Assembly: GCA_963810095.1 (NCBI GenBank)
Contig: CAWEMM010000006.1
Location: 1,408,001 to 1,472,000, forward strand
Length of the DNA: 64,000 nt
Origin: an uncultured Chloroflexia bacterium
GTDB taxonomy: Bacteria > Chloroflexota > Anaerolineae > CG2-30-64-16
Reading direction: 5' to 3'
Made by a program: the position numbers and the translations under genes. The notes under the pieces are model-generated. The model did no database searches and was not told the DNA's origin. It saw only the letters and a program-made list of their open reading frames with translations. Shown in pieces: positions 20,174-31,681 of the stretch (position 1 is the first letter of the stretch; every line of letters starts with the position of its first letter).

Positions 20174-22339
20174 ATGAGCCGTGGCCGTCGGACTTATCTC
20201 TACAGCGTGGCCTTGTTTGGCCTCGTGGCTTCGCTGGTCAGCCTGGTATCCTTCTTGTGGCGGTTTTTCGCCGCCCGCGCCGTGGACCTGCTCGGGGCGT
20301 CGCCCCTGACCGGGGTGCTGGACTCGCCCGCGCTGCCCTGGCTGATACTCTTCCTGCTGACCCTCGCCACGTGGCTCTATCACATCATCGCCGCAAACCG
20401 GGCGGCCCGCCCGCTGACCATGGCCGGGGCCGCCGAACGTGCCGCGCCCGAACGCAAGATGTACCTCTACATGGGGCGGCTGGCTGTTGTGGCGGTCCTG
20501 GCCGGACAGGCCTGGCTGCTGATCCGCCACGTGGCCGTTGCATTTCTCGACAACGGCGTTGCCGGCTTACGGGCGGGCAGCGGGTGGACCTTGGCGCTGG
20601 CCGCGGGGATCGTCGTCGCCCTGGGTTACTACGTCTACCTGCGCGTCGAGGCGAGCCGCGATGGTGACTTGGGTCAGGAGCGGGGCAAGGCGGTGCTTTG
20701 GCGGAGGGCGTACACGTACGCGGCCGCGCTGGCCGGCGCGCTGCTGACATTCCTCGGCGGCGGCGAGTTGATCCGTGCGGGGATCCGGGTCTTGATGACG
20801 CCGCTGAGCCGCGACGTGACGTGGCATGGTCCTGCCGCGGCTGCGCTTGGGGCGCTCGTCGTCGGCTTGCCGCTAAGTGCAGCGGCCTGGGGCGCGGCGA
20901 ACCGGGCCGCGACCATGAACGCGCCCTCGGAGACGAACGCGCTCAGCCGGGTGCTGCTGCGCTACGGCGGCGTGCTGGTGGCGACGCTCGTCACCCTCGT
21001 GGCGTTGGGCTACCTGGTCGAGCAGATCATCCTGACTGCCATCAGCCGGCCGGTCGGAAATGCAGGCCGGGCCTTATTCGGCATGTTCGACTGGACCTGG
21101 GCGCTGGCCTACCTGCCCGTGGCCGCGCTGATGTGGATCAGTTTTTCGGGCGGCGCGCGGACGGATGCGCTCTGGGGTGGTGAGAAGCCGCGCACGGGCG
21201 GCATCCGCCGGGTTGTCCGCTACCTGCTGACGGCGATCTCGCTGGTCGCCTTCTGGTACGGCTTGACGGAGTTCACGCGGCTGATTCTCCAGGTGTTCCT
21301 GGGCGCAGACTCGGCCACGGGCAGCGCGGCCGAATGGGTCCAGCGCTTCGCGACCTCGGCGGCGTTCCTTCTGATTGGCGCGCCGGCGTGGTGGGGTCAC
21401 TGGTGGTCGCAGCAGATGCGCGTGCGTTCGGAGAACTACGAGAGCCGCGGCACAGCCGTGAGCGAACGGGGCTCGCGGGTGCGGCGTGTCTACCTGTGGG
21501 GGGTTCTGCTGGTGGCTGCCGTGGTGGTCGTCGCCGCGTTTGGGTTCGCCGTGGTGCTGGCGTTGAACTGGCGGTCGGCCGGCAACCTCGGCGGGGTGCG
21601 GGCTGCGGTGGCGGGCGCCGTGGCCGCGGCAGTTGTTGCCGCGTTCTGGGCACTCGTCCACGGCCTGGTGTTGAGGAGTGACATGCGTTATCTGTCGCGG
21701 GGCCAAGCCGCCGGCGCTGCGGAGCCCGTCATCGTCGCACCGCTCGTGCCGGCGGCTGCGGCTGCTCCGGCCGGCATCGGGCCTGTCGCAGCGGCCGCGG
21801 CCGTCGCCGGTGTAAGCCGGGCGGCGCCGGGCGGGACGCAGCCCCAGCCCCTTGCCGAGAGCCGCGAGTATCGCCGGGAAGACCTGGCGCCGCTGGCCGC
21901 GCAGGCGGGTTTGGACGTCGTGGCAGGAGGGGCAACACCCGCCCTGGTCATCCTGGACGGTGCCGATGGCGCGCTGGGCGCGCAGCTGACAGCAGCGCTT
22001 CGTTCCGCATTCCCGACCGCAGCGCTCTGGCCGGTGGGGTTGAACGAGGTGGCGCACATGGCTATGCTGGGCGCGCTGGGCCAGGAGCCGCCCGTCCTGC
22101 CCGACGATGCCTTCGACCGGGCCGCGGGCATCCTTGCGCCGTCGGACGTGCTGATCCCCGGTGCGTTGGATGGGCAGGTCACTGCCGAACTGGTCGAGGC
22201 GCTCGCGCGGACCACCGCCCGGATCATGCTGCTGCCCCCGCACGACGCCCGGCTGCGCTGGGTGGCCGCGCCGAATTGGCCGGTGGAGCGCTGGGTGGAA
22301 AACGCGGTGATCGAAGCGGGAAACGTGCTTGGGGCGTAA
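20174..22339 (+). CDS. Polytopic membrane protein with repeated DUF5671-like units and a soluble C-terminal domain
   Basis: Repeated R(R/K).Y.Y...TM...W..HW units (RRTYLY, RKMYLY, RRAYTY, RRVYLW). Confidence 0.7.
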   Translation: MSRGRRTYLYSVALFGLVASLVSLVSFLWRFFAARAVDLLGASPLTGVLDSPALPWLILFLLTLATWLYHIIAANRAARPLTMAGAAERAAPERKMYLYMGRLAVVAVLAGQAWLLIRHVAVAFLDNGVAGLRAGSGWTLALAAGIVVALGYYVYLRVEASRDGDLGQERGKAVLWRRAYTYAAALAGALLTFLGGGELIRAGIRVLMTPLSRDVTWHGPAAAALGALVVGLPLSAAAWGAANRAATMNAPSETNALSRVLLRYGGVLVATLVTLVALGYLVEQIILTAISRPVGNAGRALFGMFDWTWALAYLPVAALMWISFSGGARTDALWGGEKPRTGGIRRVVRYLLTAISLVAFWYGLTEFTRLILQVFLGADSATGSAAEWVQRFATSAAFLLIGAPAWWGHWWSQQMRVRSENYESRGTAVSERGSRVRRVYLWGVLLVAAVVVVAAFGFAVVLALNWRSAGNLGGVRAAVAGAVAAAVVAAFWALVHGLVLRSDMRYLSRGQAAGAAEPVIVAPLVPAAAAAPAGIGPVAAAAAVAGVSRAAPGGTQPQPLAESREYRREDLAPLAAQAGLDVVAGGATPALVILDGADGALGAQLTAALRSAFPTAALWPVGLNEVAHMAMLGALGQEPPVLPDDAFDRAAGILAPSDVLIPGALDGQVTAELVEALARTTARIMLLPPHDARLRWVAAPNWPVERWVENAVIEAGNVLGA

Positions 22340-22357
22340 CGAGAAATGACAAGGGCG

Positions 22358-22401
22358 AGGCATTGCGGCCTGCACTGCTCGCAGCGCAGGCCGCAATGCC
22401 T
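22358..22401. terminator. Palindrome between convergent genes
   Basis: AGGCATTGCGGCCTGC...GCAGGCCGCAATGCCT 16-bp stem. Confidence 0.6.
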
Positions 22402-22407
22402 ACGCCC

Positions 22408-23667
22408 CTACTCCTGCAGGCACTTGAGACAGTAATCCACTTCTTCGCGTGTGTTGTAGTGCGCCAGGCCCGCGCGCACTACGCCGCCGCTTTCTTCGAT
22501 CCCCAGGCGCTCGGTGACGGCCAGCGCATAGAAGTTGCCCGACCATACATACACGCCGCGGCGAGCCAGGTGCTCGGCCACCTCGTCCGGATGCTTGCCC
22601 GCGAGCCGGAACGCGGCCGTCGGGGTGCGCCGGTCGAACTGGCTTGGATCGGCGATGCCGTAGAAGGTCAGGCCGGGGATGGCCCGCAGGCCCTGGGCGA
22701 AGTGCGCGAACAGGTCCCGCTCATACGCCTTGATGGCGGCCATCGCCTGCTTCAACGCCAGCCGGCTGCCTGTGAAGCCCGGGAATTGGCCCTCAAACTC
22801 GCCTCCGCACATGCTCCCGAGCTCGGCCAGATACTCGACCGCGGCCAGAACGCCCGCCTGCGCCTCGTGGGCCTGGGTGCCCGTCTCGAACTTGTCGGGC
22901 GACGCGTTGCCGGCCGGACGCACCTTGTAGGCCCGCAGCTGCTCCAGAAGCTCGTGCCGGCCCCACAGCGTGCCCGAGTGCGGGCCGAAAAACTTGTAAG
23001 GCGAGCAGATCAGGAAGTCGCAGCCGAGCGCCTGCACGTCGACCGGACCGTGCGGGACGTAGTGCACCGCATCGACCCATAACCATGCGCCGGCCGCGTG
23101 AACCAGGCGGGCAATCTCGGGGATCGGATTGACCGTCCCGACCGCGTTCGAGGCGTAGCCGACCGCTACGAGCTTGGTCTTGGGGCCGAGCTTGCTCTGC
23201 AGGTCGTCGAGGCGCAGCGTGCAGTCTGCCGGGTCGAAGTCGACCTCCTTGACCACAACCCCCTTTTCGGCCAGCGCAAGCCAGGGTGCGCGATTTGCGT
23301 CGTGGTCGAGCTTCGTGATGAGCACCTCGTCGCCGGGGGCCAGCTCGCGGCCGATGGCCCGGCTGACGGCAAACGTGAGCGTGGTCATGTTGGCGCCGAA
23401 GACGATCTCGGCGGGCGAGGCCGCGTTGAGCAGATCGGCCATGGCCTCATGCGCGGCGTGCAGCACTGCGTCGCTCTCGCGGGAGGTGCGGAACGCGCCC
23501 CCATGGTTGGCGTTCGATCGGATGAGGTAATGCGCCATCGCATCGATCACGCGCTGGGGCACCTGGGTGCCGCCGGGTCCGTCGAAGTAGACGGCCGGCC
23601 GGCCCGCGTCGACCAGGGCGAGCGCGGGGAACTGGGAACGGACGAAGGAAAGGTCTAGCTGAGACAT
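22408..23667 (-). CDS. Cysteine desulfurase-like PLP protein (class V aminotransferase)
   Basis: YFDGPGGTQVP, FGANMTTL, LDHDAN, DAVHY, CSPYKFFGPH, ETGT. Confidence 0.92.
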   Translation of the reverse strand: MSQLDLSFVRSQFPALALVDAGRPAVYFDGPGGTQVPQRVIDAMAHYLIRSNANHGGAFRTSRESDAVLHAAHEAMADLLNAASPAEIVFGANMTTLTFAVSRAIGRELAPGDEVLITKLDHDANRAPWLALAEKGVVVKEVDFDPADCTLRLDDLQSKLGPKTKLVAVGYASNAVGTVNPIPEIARLVHAAGAWLWVDAVHYVPHGPVDVQALGCDFLICSPYKFFGPHSGTLWGRHELLEQLRAYKVRPAGNASPDKFETGTQAHEAQAGVLAAVEYLAELGSMCGGEFEGQFPGFTGSRLALKQAMAAIKAYERDLFAHFAQGLRAIPGLTFYGIADPSQFDRRTPTAAFRLAGKHPDEVAEHLARRGVYVWSGNFYALAVTERLGIEESGGVVRAGLAHYNTREEVDYCLKCLQE

Positions 23668-23738
23668 GGTTTGCTCCTGAAGGGATAGACCGTCGCATCT
23701 TACCCAAGAAACCCGCTTTCTGCCAGAACCACCTTTAG

Positions 23739-23769
23739 GAAACCAGGTTTCTCCGAGAAACCGGGTTTC
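23739..23769. repeat. REP-like palindrome
   Basis: GAAACCAGGTTTCTC-C-GAGAAACCGGGTTTC, with a partial copy at 23707. Confidence 0.65.
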
Positions 23770-23827
23770 TGCTCTCGCATGCTATAATGGCCCGGTCAGA
23801 CGATTCTCCTGCAAAGAGGTTAACCTC

Positions 23828-24415
23828 GTGGCTACTCAAGTTCGCCTGTTCGTCAGCGCGGGACCGGCTGAAGAGGGGGCGAGGGAACACCTGGGCCGGG
23901 CGCTTGCGGAGCTGCCCATCAGCGTGGGCTGGGTGATCAAGCGCACACCCGACGTCGACTCCGTGGCCGAATGCCACCTGTTCGCGGTGCTACTTGGCCG
24001 CGATATCGCCGCGCCGGTGGGGCTCGAGCTATGGTGGGCGCGGCGCACGGAGAAGCCGGTGCTGGCCTATACGGCCGAAGGGCTGCGCACGCCGGCCTGC
24101 CAGGTGTTCTTCCAGGACAACTTCTACCTCGACTGGCACCCATTTCCCGATGCGGTGAGTTTGCGGCGCCTGTTCCTGCTCGACATCTGCCGCTTTCTCC
24201 TCGCCCACGACGAGCGGTATGGCGTGACCGTGGTCGAGACGGAGGCGCTGCGCGGCTTCATGGCGCGATTGGAAAAGCCCGCAGCGGTCGTCCCCGGCCG
24301 CGCTCCGGCACGGGAAGGCCCCCTGGCCAGGCCCCAAGGCGCAGGGGGCGGGGGCGTGATCCTCGCGCCGGGCAAGGACACCCCGCGCGGTGCACGCATC
24401 ATTGGCGAGGAGTGA
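23828..24415 (+). CDS. DUF4062/TIR-like (flavodoxin-fold) domain protein
   Basis: VRLFVS...ARE, ECHLFAVLLG, GLELWWARRTEKPVLAY; TATAAT upstream. Confidence 0.55.
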   Translation: MATQVRLFVSAGPAEEGAREHLGRALAELPISVGWVIKRTPDVDSVAECHLFAVLLGRDIAAPVGLELWWARRTEKPVLAYTAEGLRTPACQVFFQDNFYLDWHPFPDAVSLRRLFLLDICRFLLAHDERYGVTVVETEALRGFMARLEKPAAVVPGRAPAREGPLARPQGAGGGGVILAPGKDTPRGARIIGEE

Positions 24416-24428
24416 GCCCGCGCAGCCC

Positions 24429-26288
24429 ATGAACCTGTCTCCCAGCGTCCCTGCCCCGCGCCCTGCGCCCCTCGCACGAGTTACAGCCTGGCTGCGTCGC
24501 GATGTGCACCTGTGGTTGGCCCTACTCCTGGTCGTCCCTGCAATGCTGCCGCTCTTCGCGCCGGGCTACTTCGTGAAAGCCCACGACGCGCGGCACAGCA
24601 TCTTCTTCCTGGTCGAGTTCGACCGCAGTTTCAGCGAGGGCGCCTTGTGGCCCGTGTGGGGGCCCGACCATGCCGTCGGATTCGGCTATCCGACGTTCTT
24701 GTTGTACGCACCGCTCGCGTTTTACGTGGGCGAGGCATTCCACCTGCTGGGTCTTGGCTTCGCCGCGGCGACGAAGGCGACCTGGGCGCTCGGCTTCCTG
24801 CTGGGCGCGGCGGGCACCTACCGCCTTAGCCGGCGCTGGTTCACCCCCGCAGTTGCGCTGGTTGCGAGCCTCGCTTTCACGTACGCGCCGTATCACCTGG
24901 GGCAGATCTACGTGCGCGCCGCCCTTGCCGAGTTCATGGCGCTTGCCTGGTTGCCCTGGGCCGTGCTGGCCTTCTTACGACTGTGGGACGAGCCGGGACC
25001 GCGCCGGGCGGCGCTGGCCGGGCTGGCGTTGGCGGCGTTGTTGCTGTTTCACACAGTCTCGACGTTGACCTTCGCGCCGCTGATCGGCGCGCTGCTGGCG
25101 CTGCTCCTCGTGCGGGACGCGGTGAAGGCGCGCTCGCTCGTGCGGGCGGTGCGCTCGCCGCAGGCCGGCTGGACGTTCGTGGCGCTGGTCGTGGCGGGCC
25201 TGCTCTCCTGCATCTTCTTCGTGCCCATGCTCCTGGAGCGCGGCGGCGTGGCACAGTGGCAGTGGGTCAAGGAGACGTACAGCTACCGGCTGCACTTCGT
25301 CTATCCGGGTCAATTCCTGCTTCCCACCTGGGGCTATGGCTACTCCGTGGCAGGCCCGAACGATGGCATGAGTTTTCAGGTCGGCATCCCGATCTTCCTG
25401 CTGGCGGTGCTGGGCGCCGGCGTGGCGCTGCTGAGGCGCGCGCGTCCTGAGCCGACCGCCTTCCAGCTGGAAGGGGTGGAGGCGCCGGTCGCGCCTCCGG
25501 CGGGCGGGCGATTAATGGTCCTGTTCCTCACGGCCGTCACGCTGGTGACCCTGTTCCTGATGACGCCGGCGGCGCAGGGCATCTGGGATGTGCTGCCCCT
25601 GGTGGAGTTAATCCAATTTCCGTGGCGTTTGCTGGCGGTGGTCGTGTTTGCGCTGGCGCTGCTCGCAGGTTGGGGCGCATGGCTGCTCAACTCGCGTGCC
25701 TTGCGCCGGGGACCGCAAGGCGTCAGCCCCTTCGTCTACGTTGCCGGGTTGGCGCTCATCGTGAGCAGCCTGCCGTTCACGCGGCCCGAGATCGTCCCGC
25801 TCAGGCCGCAGGATGAGAGCCCGCTCGCGGTGCTCGACTTCGAGATGGCCTTCCCCGACATGCGCGGGTTGACCGCGTGGGCCGAGCGGCCGCCCGCGGA
25901 CGCCGACTCGCCGCTGATTGCCCAGTACCTGGCCGGGCAGCCGCTGCAAAAGGCGGCGATTGCGTCGGGCTCGGGCACGATTCTCGAGCAGTCGTCCGGT
26001 GCGCTGTCGGCGCGGGCGAGCGTGCGCGCGACCGGCCCGTTGTCTCTGCGCTTCTACACGTATTACTTCCCCGGCTGGCGTGCGACGGTCGACGGGCGGC
26101 CTGCTGAGTTGCGGGCTGAGGGCCCGAACGGGCTGATGACGGTGGACGTGCCGGCCGGCGAGCACGAAGTGCGGGTTACGTTTGGGCAGACCCCGGCGAG
26201 GATGGCCGGCCGGTTGCTGGCCGCCCTGGGTGCGCTTCTATGCGTGTTTTTGCTGGTAAAGGGCAAGCGCAAGGCAATTATCGGCTGA
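24429..26288 (+). CDS. PTPS-related / YfhO-like GT-C membrane protein
   Basis: AHDARH, GFGYP..LYAPL, YVRAALAE, QFPWRLL, YYFPGWRATVDG; paralogue of 12783-14716. Confidence 0.85.
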   Translation: MNLSPSVPAPRPAPLARVTAWLRRDVHLWLALLLVVPAMLPLFAPGYFVKAHDARHSIFFLVEFDRSFSEGALWPVWGPDHAVGFGYPTFLLYAPLAFYVGEAFHLLGLGFAAATKATWALGFLLGAAGTYRLSRRWFTPAVALVASLAFTYAPYHLGQIYVRAALAEFMALAWLPWAVLAFLRLWDEPGPRRAALAGLALAALLLFHTVSTLTFAPLIGALLALLLVRDAVKARSLVRAVRSPQAGWTFVALVVAGLLSCIFFVPMLLERGGVAQWQWVKETYSYRLHFVYPGQFLLPTWGYGYSVAGPNDGMSFQVGIPIFLLAVLGAGVALLRRARPEPTAFQLEGVEAPVAPPAGGRLMVLFLTAVTLVTLFLMTPAAQGIWDVLPLVELIQFPWRLLAVVVFALALLAGWGAWLLNSRALRRGPQGVSPFVYVAGLALIVSSLPFTRPEIVPLRPQDESPLAVLDFEMAFPDMRGLTAWAERPPADADSPLIAQYLAGQPLQKAAIASGSGTILEQSSGALSARASVRATGPLSLRFYTYYFPGWRATVDGRPAELRAEGPNGLMTVDVPAGEHEVRVTFGQTPARMAGRLLAALGALLCVFLLVKGKRKAIIG

Positions 26289-26305
26289 CGCCTGATGACT
26301 ATTTT

Positions 26306-26640
26306 GCGGGGGCGCTCTTGCCCCCGCCGCCCCGACGCGAGTGGCTGCCCACGACCGACTCATTGGCGGGGAGCGCTCTCGCCCCCGACGCGAGGGGTTG
26401 CCACGACCGACTCATTGGCGGGAGCGCTCTTGCCCCCGCCGCCCCCGACCAGGGGCTGCGCCCCTTGGAACCCCAAAGGCAGCGCTGTAGGTACACGTTC
26501 GCCTGGATAAGTCACTGTACGGGGGATGAGCCAGGGCGGCAGGAACCATGCGTGTGGTTACAACGCCTAACGGGCCACACGGCTGATGAAGGCAGCCGGC
26601 CCGCCGTAAGCGTTGCCTTCGGAGGTTCTGGGGGCGGCGG
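26306..26640. repeat. Double-hairpin-bounded element, copy 3 (opposite orientation to copy 1, degenerate right end)
   Basis: CCGACTCATTGGCG x2 (reverse complement of the copy 1 right-end unit), GGGGCTGCGCCCC, CCCCAA, 141-nt core. Confidence 0.75.
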
Positions 26641-26713
26641 CGGCATGACATTGGTCGTATCTGCCTGGGCAAACTTGCGTTTGTTCGTGCAGATTATTAT
26701 AATCGGTTAACCT

Positions 26714-27865
26714 ATGAGCCAACCGGATACACCTCGGCCGTCCTACGGCCAACTGCGCACTTGTCCCAGCTGCGGGACACGGGTCGCTCAGAAAGCTGAA
26801 ACCTGTTTCTTCTGCGGCGCCGCGCTCGATTCAGAGCCACGCCGCCGGCTGCGATTGCCCTGGGCCGACCTTGTCCTTTTCGCTGCGATCGCCGCGGTGC
26901 TCGCCGTGTGGTGGCTGCGCGCCCCCGACGCACCGGAGACGCGCGGACCGGGCACGGTCGAAGCCGTCTTGAGCGCGCAGCGGGCCGCCGCGTCGCCCAC
27001 TGCTGCGATCGTCGCTGCTTTGCAGCTGGACGACCCGACGAACACCCCGATGCCAACCCGAACGCCGCTTCCCACGTCGACAGTCGCTCCCACTGCTACG
27101 CCTGAAGCGGCCTCACCCACTCCGGCGGCGGGTCCGACCCGTCACAAGGTGCAAGCGGGCGATTCCGTAGCGGCTATTGCTGCCAAATATGGCTCGACGA
27201 TCAAGGATATTATCTCGGCCAACAACCTGAGCGCGGACGGCCGCCTGAGCATCGGACAAGAGCTGCTGATCCCGGTTGCCGGGCCTATGGGTGGCCCGGG
27301 ACCGACGGCGACCCCCGGCACCACGGGCCTGATGTACAACACGCGGGCCGGCGACACGATCAGCGGCATCGCGACCCGTTTCAAGTCGCAGGTCGACTGG
27401 ATCATGAAGGCCAATAATATCAAGCCGGGCGACACGCTGCGCATCGGCCAGCCGCTCCTGGTCCCGCTGGTGCCGGCCACCCCCACCCCCATACCGACCG
27501 ATCCGATCACGCCCCTGCCGCCGACGCCCACGGAAATCCCGGGCTTGTCTGCGCCCCAGCTGTTGACGCCGGCGGACGGCGCAACGATTGCGGGACAAGA
27601 CACGCTCCTTCTGAGTTGGACGTCGGTGGGTGTGTTGGCTCCGGAAGAGTACTACGTGGTGACATTGAAGTCGCCCGAGAAGGAAACCGCTGTCGCAACG
27701 TGGTGGACCAAGAGCACGTCGTGGCGGCTGCCGGTCGATTACCGGCCCACCGGCAGCGCAGGGCTGGATTACGTCTGGCGGGTGCAGGTGCGGCGGGGCG
27801 GGCAAGACAAGCCGGGCGAGGCCACCAGTCCCACCAGCGAACAGCGGCGTTTCACCTGGCGTTAA
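26714..27865 (+). CDS. Zinc-ribbon / TM / two-LysM protein with C-terminal Ig/FN3-like domain
   Basis: CPSC..CFFC, TM, HKVQAGDSVAAIAAKYG..IISANNL, second LysM GDTISGIATRF, APQLLTPADG..Y.WRV. Confidence 0.88.
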   Translation: MSQPDTPRPSYGQLRTCPSCGTRVAQKAETCFFCGAALDSEPRRRLRLPWADLVLFAAIAAVLAVWWLRAPDAPETRGPGTVEAVLSAQRAAASPTAAIVAALQLDDPTNTPMPTRTPLPTSTVAPTATPEAASPTPAAGPTRHKVQAGDSVAAIAAKYGSTIKDIISANNLSADGRLSIGQELLIPVAGPMGGPGPTATPGTTGLMYNTRAGDTISGIATRFKSQVDWIMKANNIKPGDTLRIGQPLLVPLVPATPTPIPTDPITPLPPTPTEIPGLSAPQLLTPADGATIAGQDTLLLSWTSVGVLAPEEYYVVTLKSPEKETAVATWWTKSTSWRLPVDYRPTGSAGLDYVWRVQVRRGGQDKPGEATSPTSEQRRFTWR

Positions 27866-27885
27866 CGGGCGACCCCAGTGACTGC

Positions 27886-27918
27886 AAGTGCCGGGCACCT
27901 TCAAGGTGCCCGGCACTT
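27886..27918. repeat. Perfect REP-like palindrome between convergent genes
   Basis: AAGTGCCGGGCACCTT-C-AAGGTGCCCGGCACTT. Confidence 0.75.
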
Positions 27919-27919
27919 T

Positions 27920-28661
27920 TCAGTTTGCGGTGGGAAGATGCAGCACGGCGTATAGGTTCAGATTGCCTTCGTGGCCGTCGGAGAAAAAGGTCTCCTGCGC
28001 CCCAAGGCCCGCCGCGGCCGCCATTTCTTTGAGCTCCGCCTCGTCGATGTACGCGCAATAGCGGGCCCCCGGCGATCCTTCCCCCCACCCCACCAGGTAG
28101 TCGTTGCGCTCGACCTCGGCCAGATCGATCCCGACAGAATCCCAGGAGGCGATGCGCTTTCTGAGCCGGTCGGAGGCCATGAACTGCCAGGTGGACACGA
28201 TCAGGGGCGCGCCGGGCGGCAGCAGGGCTGCGCTCCGCCGCGAGAAACTCGATGCGGTGACTGCGGCCGGGGATGTGGTGCAGGACCGCCAGGCAGACCG
28301 CTGCGTCAAACGGGCCCGCTTGAGACAAGGCGCCGGGCCAGTCGGGCGCGAAGAGGTCGGCCTCGACGAGCGCGGACGGGATGCGCGGGCGCTGCGCAGC
28401 CGTGGCGGCTGCATCTGCCAGCAGGTTCGTGCTGCTGTCCAGCCCCGTGTAGCGGCCGGTCCAGCCGCTGTCGTCGAGGAAGACGAGGAACCGGGCGTTG
28501 CCGCAGCCCAGGTCGAGGACGTTGAACCCGTTTTCCAGATAGGGTAGAATGCGGCTGAAGCCGGGGGGCCACGAGCGCCGGGTGCGCGAGAACTCGCCGG
28601 CGAAGCGCGCATAGAACTGCCTGTTGAGCGCGAGGAGCGCGGCGACCGTCTGGGGTTGCAT
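27920..28661 (-). CDS. Class I SAM methyltransferase, Trm9/ALKBH8-like (indel near 28237)
   Basis: FY..FAGEFSRTR, LDLGCGNAR, LDSS..LL, FDAAVCLAVLHHIP, then in the second frame LPPGAPLIVSTW, DYLVGW, RYC....EL. Confidence 0.8.
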
Positions 28662-28710
28662 TTGATCTTGCGGTTGGCTTTGATCTTGAGGTTGCATGTG
28701 TTGAGGTTGC

Positions 28711-30447
<1,737 letters not shown>

Positions 30448-30632
30448 GGAGAGCTCTCGACTCGCGTGCGCCCACGGCTCCGCATCCTTCGATTACGCTG
30501 CGCTCCGCTCGGCCTGTTTTTTCGTTGCGGCCGTGCGGCGTGAGCTGTTTTTGTCCCGCGGTTGTTCATGCTATACTTGCGCCACTTAGAGAGGCTTGAG
30601 GACGGGTTTCCACGCAGACAAGGAGCGCGCAG

Positions 30633-30854
30633 ATGGATTTCGGCAAGTTCTTGCTGGGGTTGTTGGTGGGTGCGGCCAGTGGCGCCGCTGCCGCGTTGAT
30701 GCTGACGCCTCAGTCAGGCGAGGCGACGCAGAACTCGATTCGCGAGCGCGTGCAGCTCGTCATGGACGAGGGGAAGCGCGCGGCTGCCGAGCGGCGGGCC
30801 GAACTCGAAGCCCAATTTGCGCAAGCGCGGCAGACGCCTCGGCTAGAGGGCTGA
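30633..30854 (+). CDS. YtxH domain-containing protein
   Basis: FLLGLLVGAASGAAAALMLTPQSGEATQ; AAGGAG RBS. Confidence 0.85.
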   Translation: MDFGKFLLGLLVGAASGAAAALMLTPQSGEATQNSIRERVQLVMDEGKRAAAERRAELEAQFAQARQTPRLEG

Positions 30855-30889
30855 CCGAGCGGCGCCGGCATTGTCGAGAGGGGGCTCAG

Positions 30890-31645
30890 GTGCTGACCAG
30901 CAAGCTCGAGGCCGCGCAGACCCGTCTCCGCGAACGCTCGTATCCCCATTTTGCCTGGCTGATCAACAAGGAGATCCCCTGGACCGCCCCCACGCGCCCG
31001 CTGCGCGAGTCTTCGGTGGCGCTGCTCAGCACCTGCGGACTGTACTGCCTGGATAGCCAAGTGCCGTTTGATGCCTGGAACGACGCCGGCGACCCGTCGT
31101 TTCGCGAGATTCATATCGACACTCCGGTCGACCGGCTGGCGATCTCGCATTCGCATTACGATCATGAGCAGGTCAGGTCCGATCTGAACGTGGCCCTGCC
31201 CTTGGCCCGCTTCCGGCAGCTCGTCGAGGAGGGGGTGGTCGGGACGCTGCATCCCTGGGCCTACAGCTTCATGGGCTACCTCCCCGAAGCGTTTCAACTG
31301 ATCAGAAAGACGGCGCCCCAGGTGGCAAAGCGGCTGGCGGGGAGTGGGGTGCACGCGGCCTTCCTGACCCCCTGCTGACCGATCTGCCAACAGTCCGTTG
31401 GACTGATCGCACGGGCCATCGAAGCGGAGGGCATCCCGACCGTTTGCGTCGTGATGAATCGCGACATTGCGGAGAACGTGGGCATTCCGCGAGCCTTGCA
31501 CGTGCATTTTCCGTACGGCGCGCCGCTGGGGCCGGCCGCGCACGTGGAGACGCAAATGGCCGTGATCCGGGAGGCGCTCGGCCTGCTTGCCACGGCGACT
31601 GGCCCGGGGCAGATTCTGGAATCCACGGTCGAGTGGCCGGAGTGA
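30890..31645 (+). CDS. Selenoprotein, glycine/sarcosine/betaine/proline reductase selenoprotein B (GrdB/PrdB-like); Sec at TGA 31376-31378
   Basis: VALLSTCG, DPSFREI, HYDH, DLNVALPL, YSFMG, then FLTPC-TGA-PICQQSVGLIARAIEAEGIPTV in the same frame; SECIS hairpin follows. Confidence 0.88.
31379..31410 (+). promoter_or_regulatory. Bacterial SECIS element
   Basis: CAGTCC-GTT-GGACTG perfect stem, loop G 19 nt after UGA; CGAT/ATCG lower pairing. Confidence 0.75.
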
Positions 31646-31681
31646 CCGGCTTTTCTCAGTGATTCTTCAGGAGGAAGACTC

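Noticed and set aside
30596-30889. N-terminal extension of the GrdB-like ORF given in the ORF track
   Set aside because: It overlaps the ytxH gene; GTG 30890 after GAGAGGGGG is the more plausible start.
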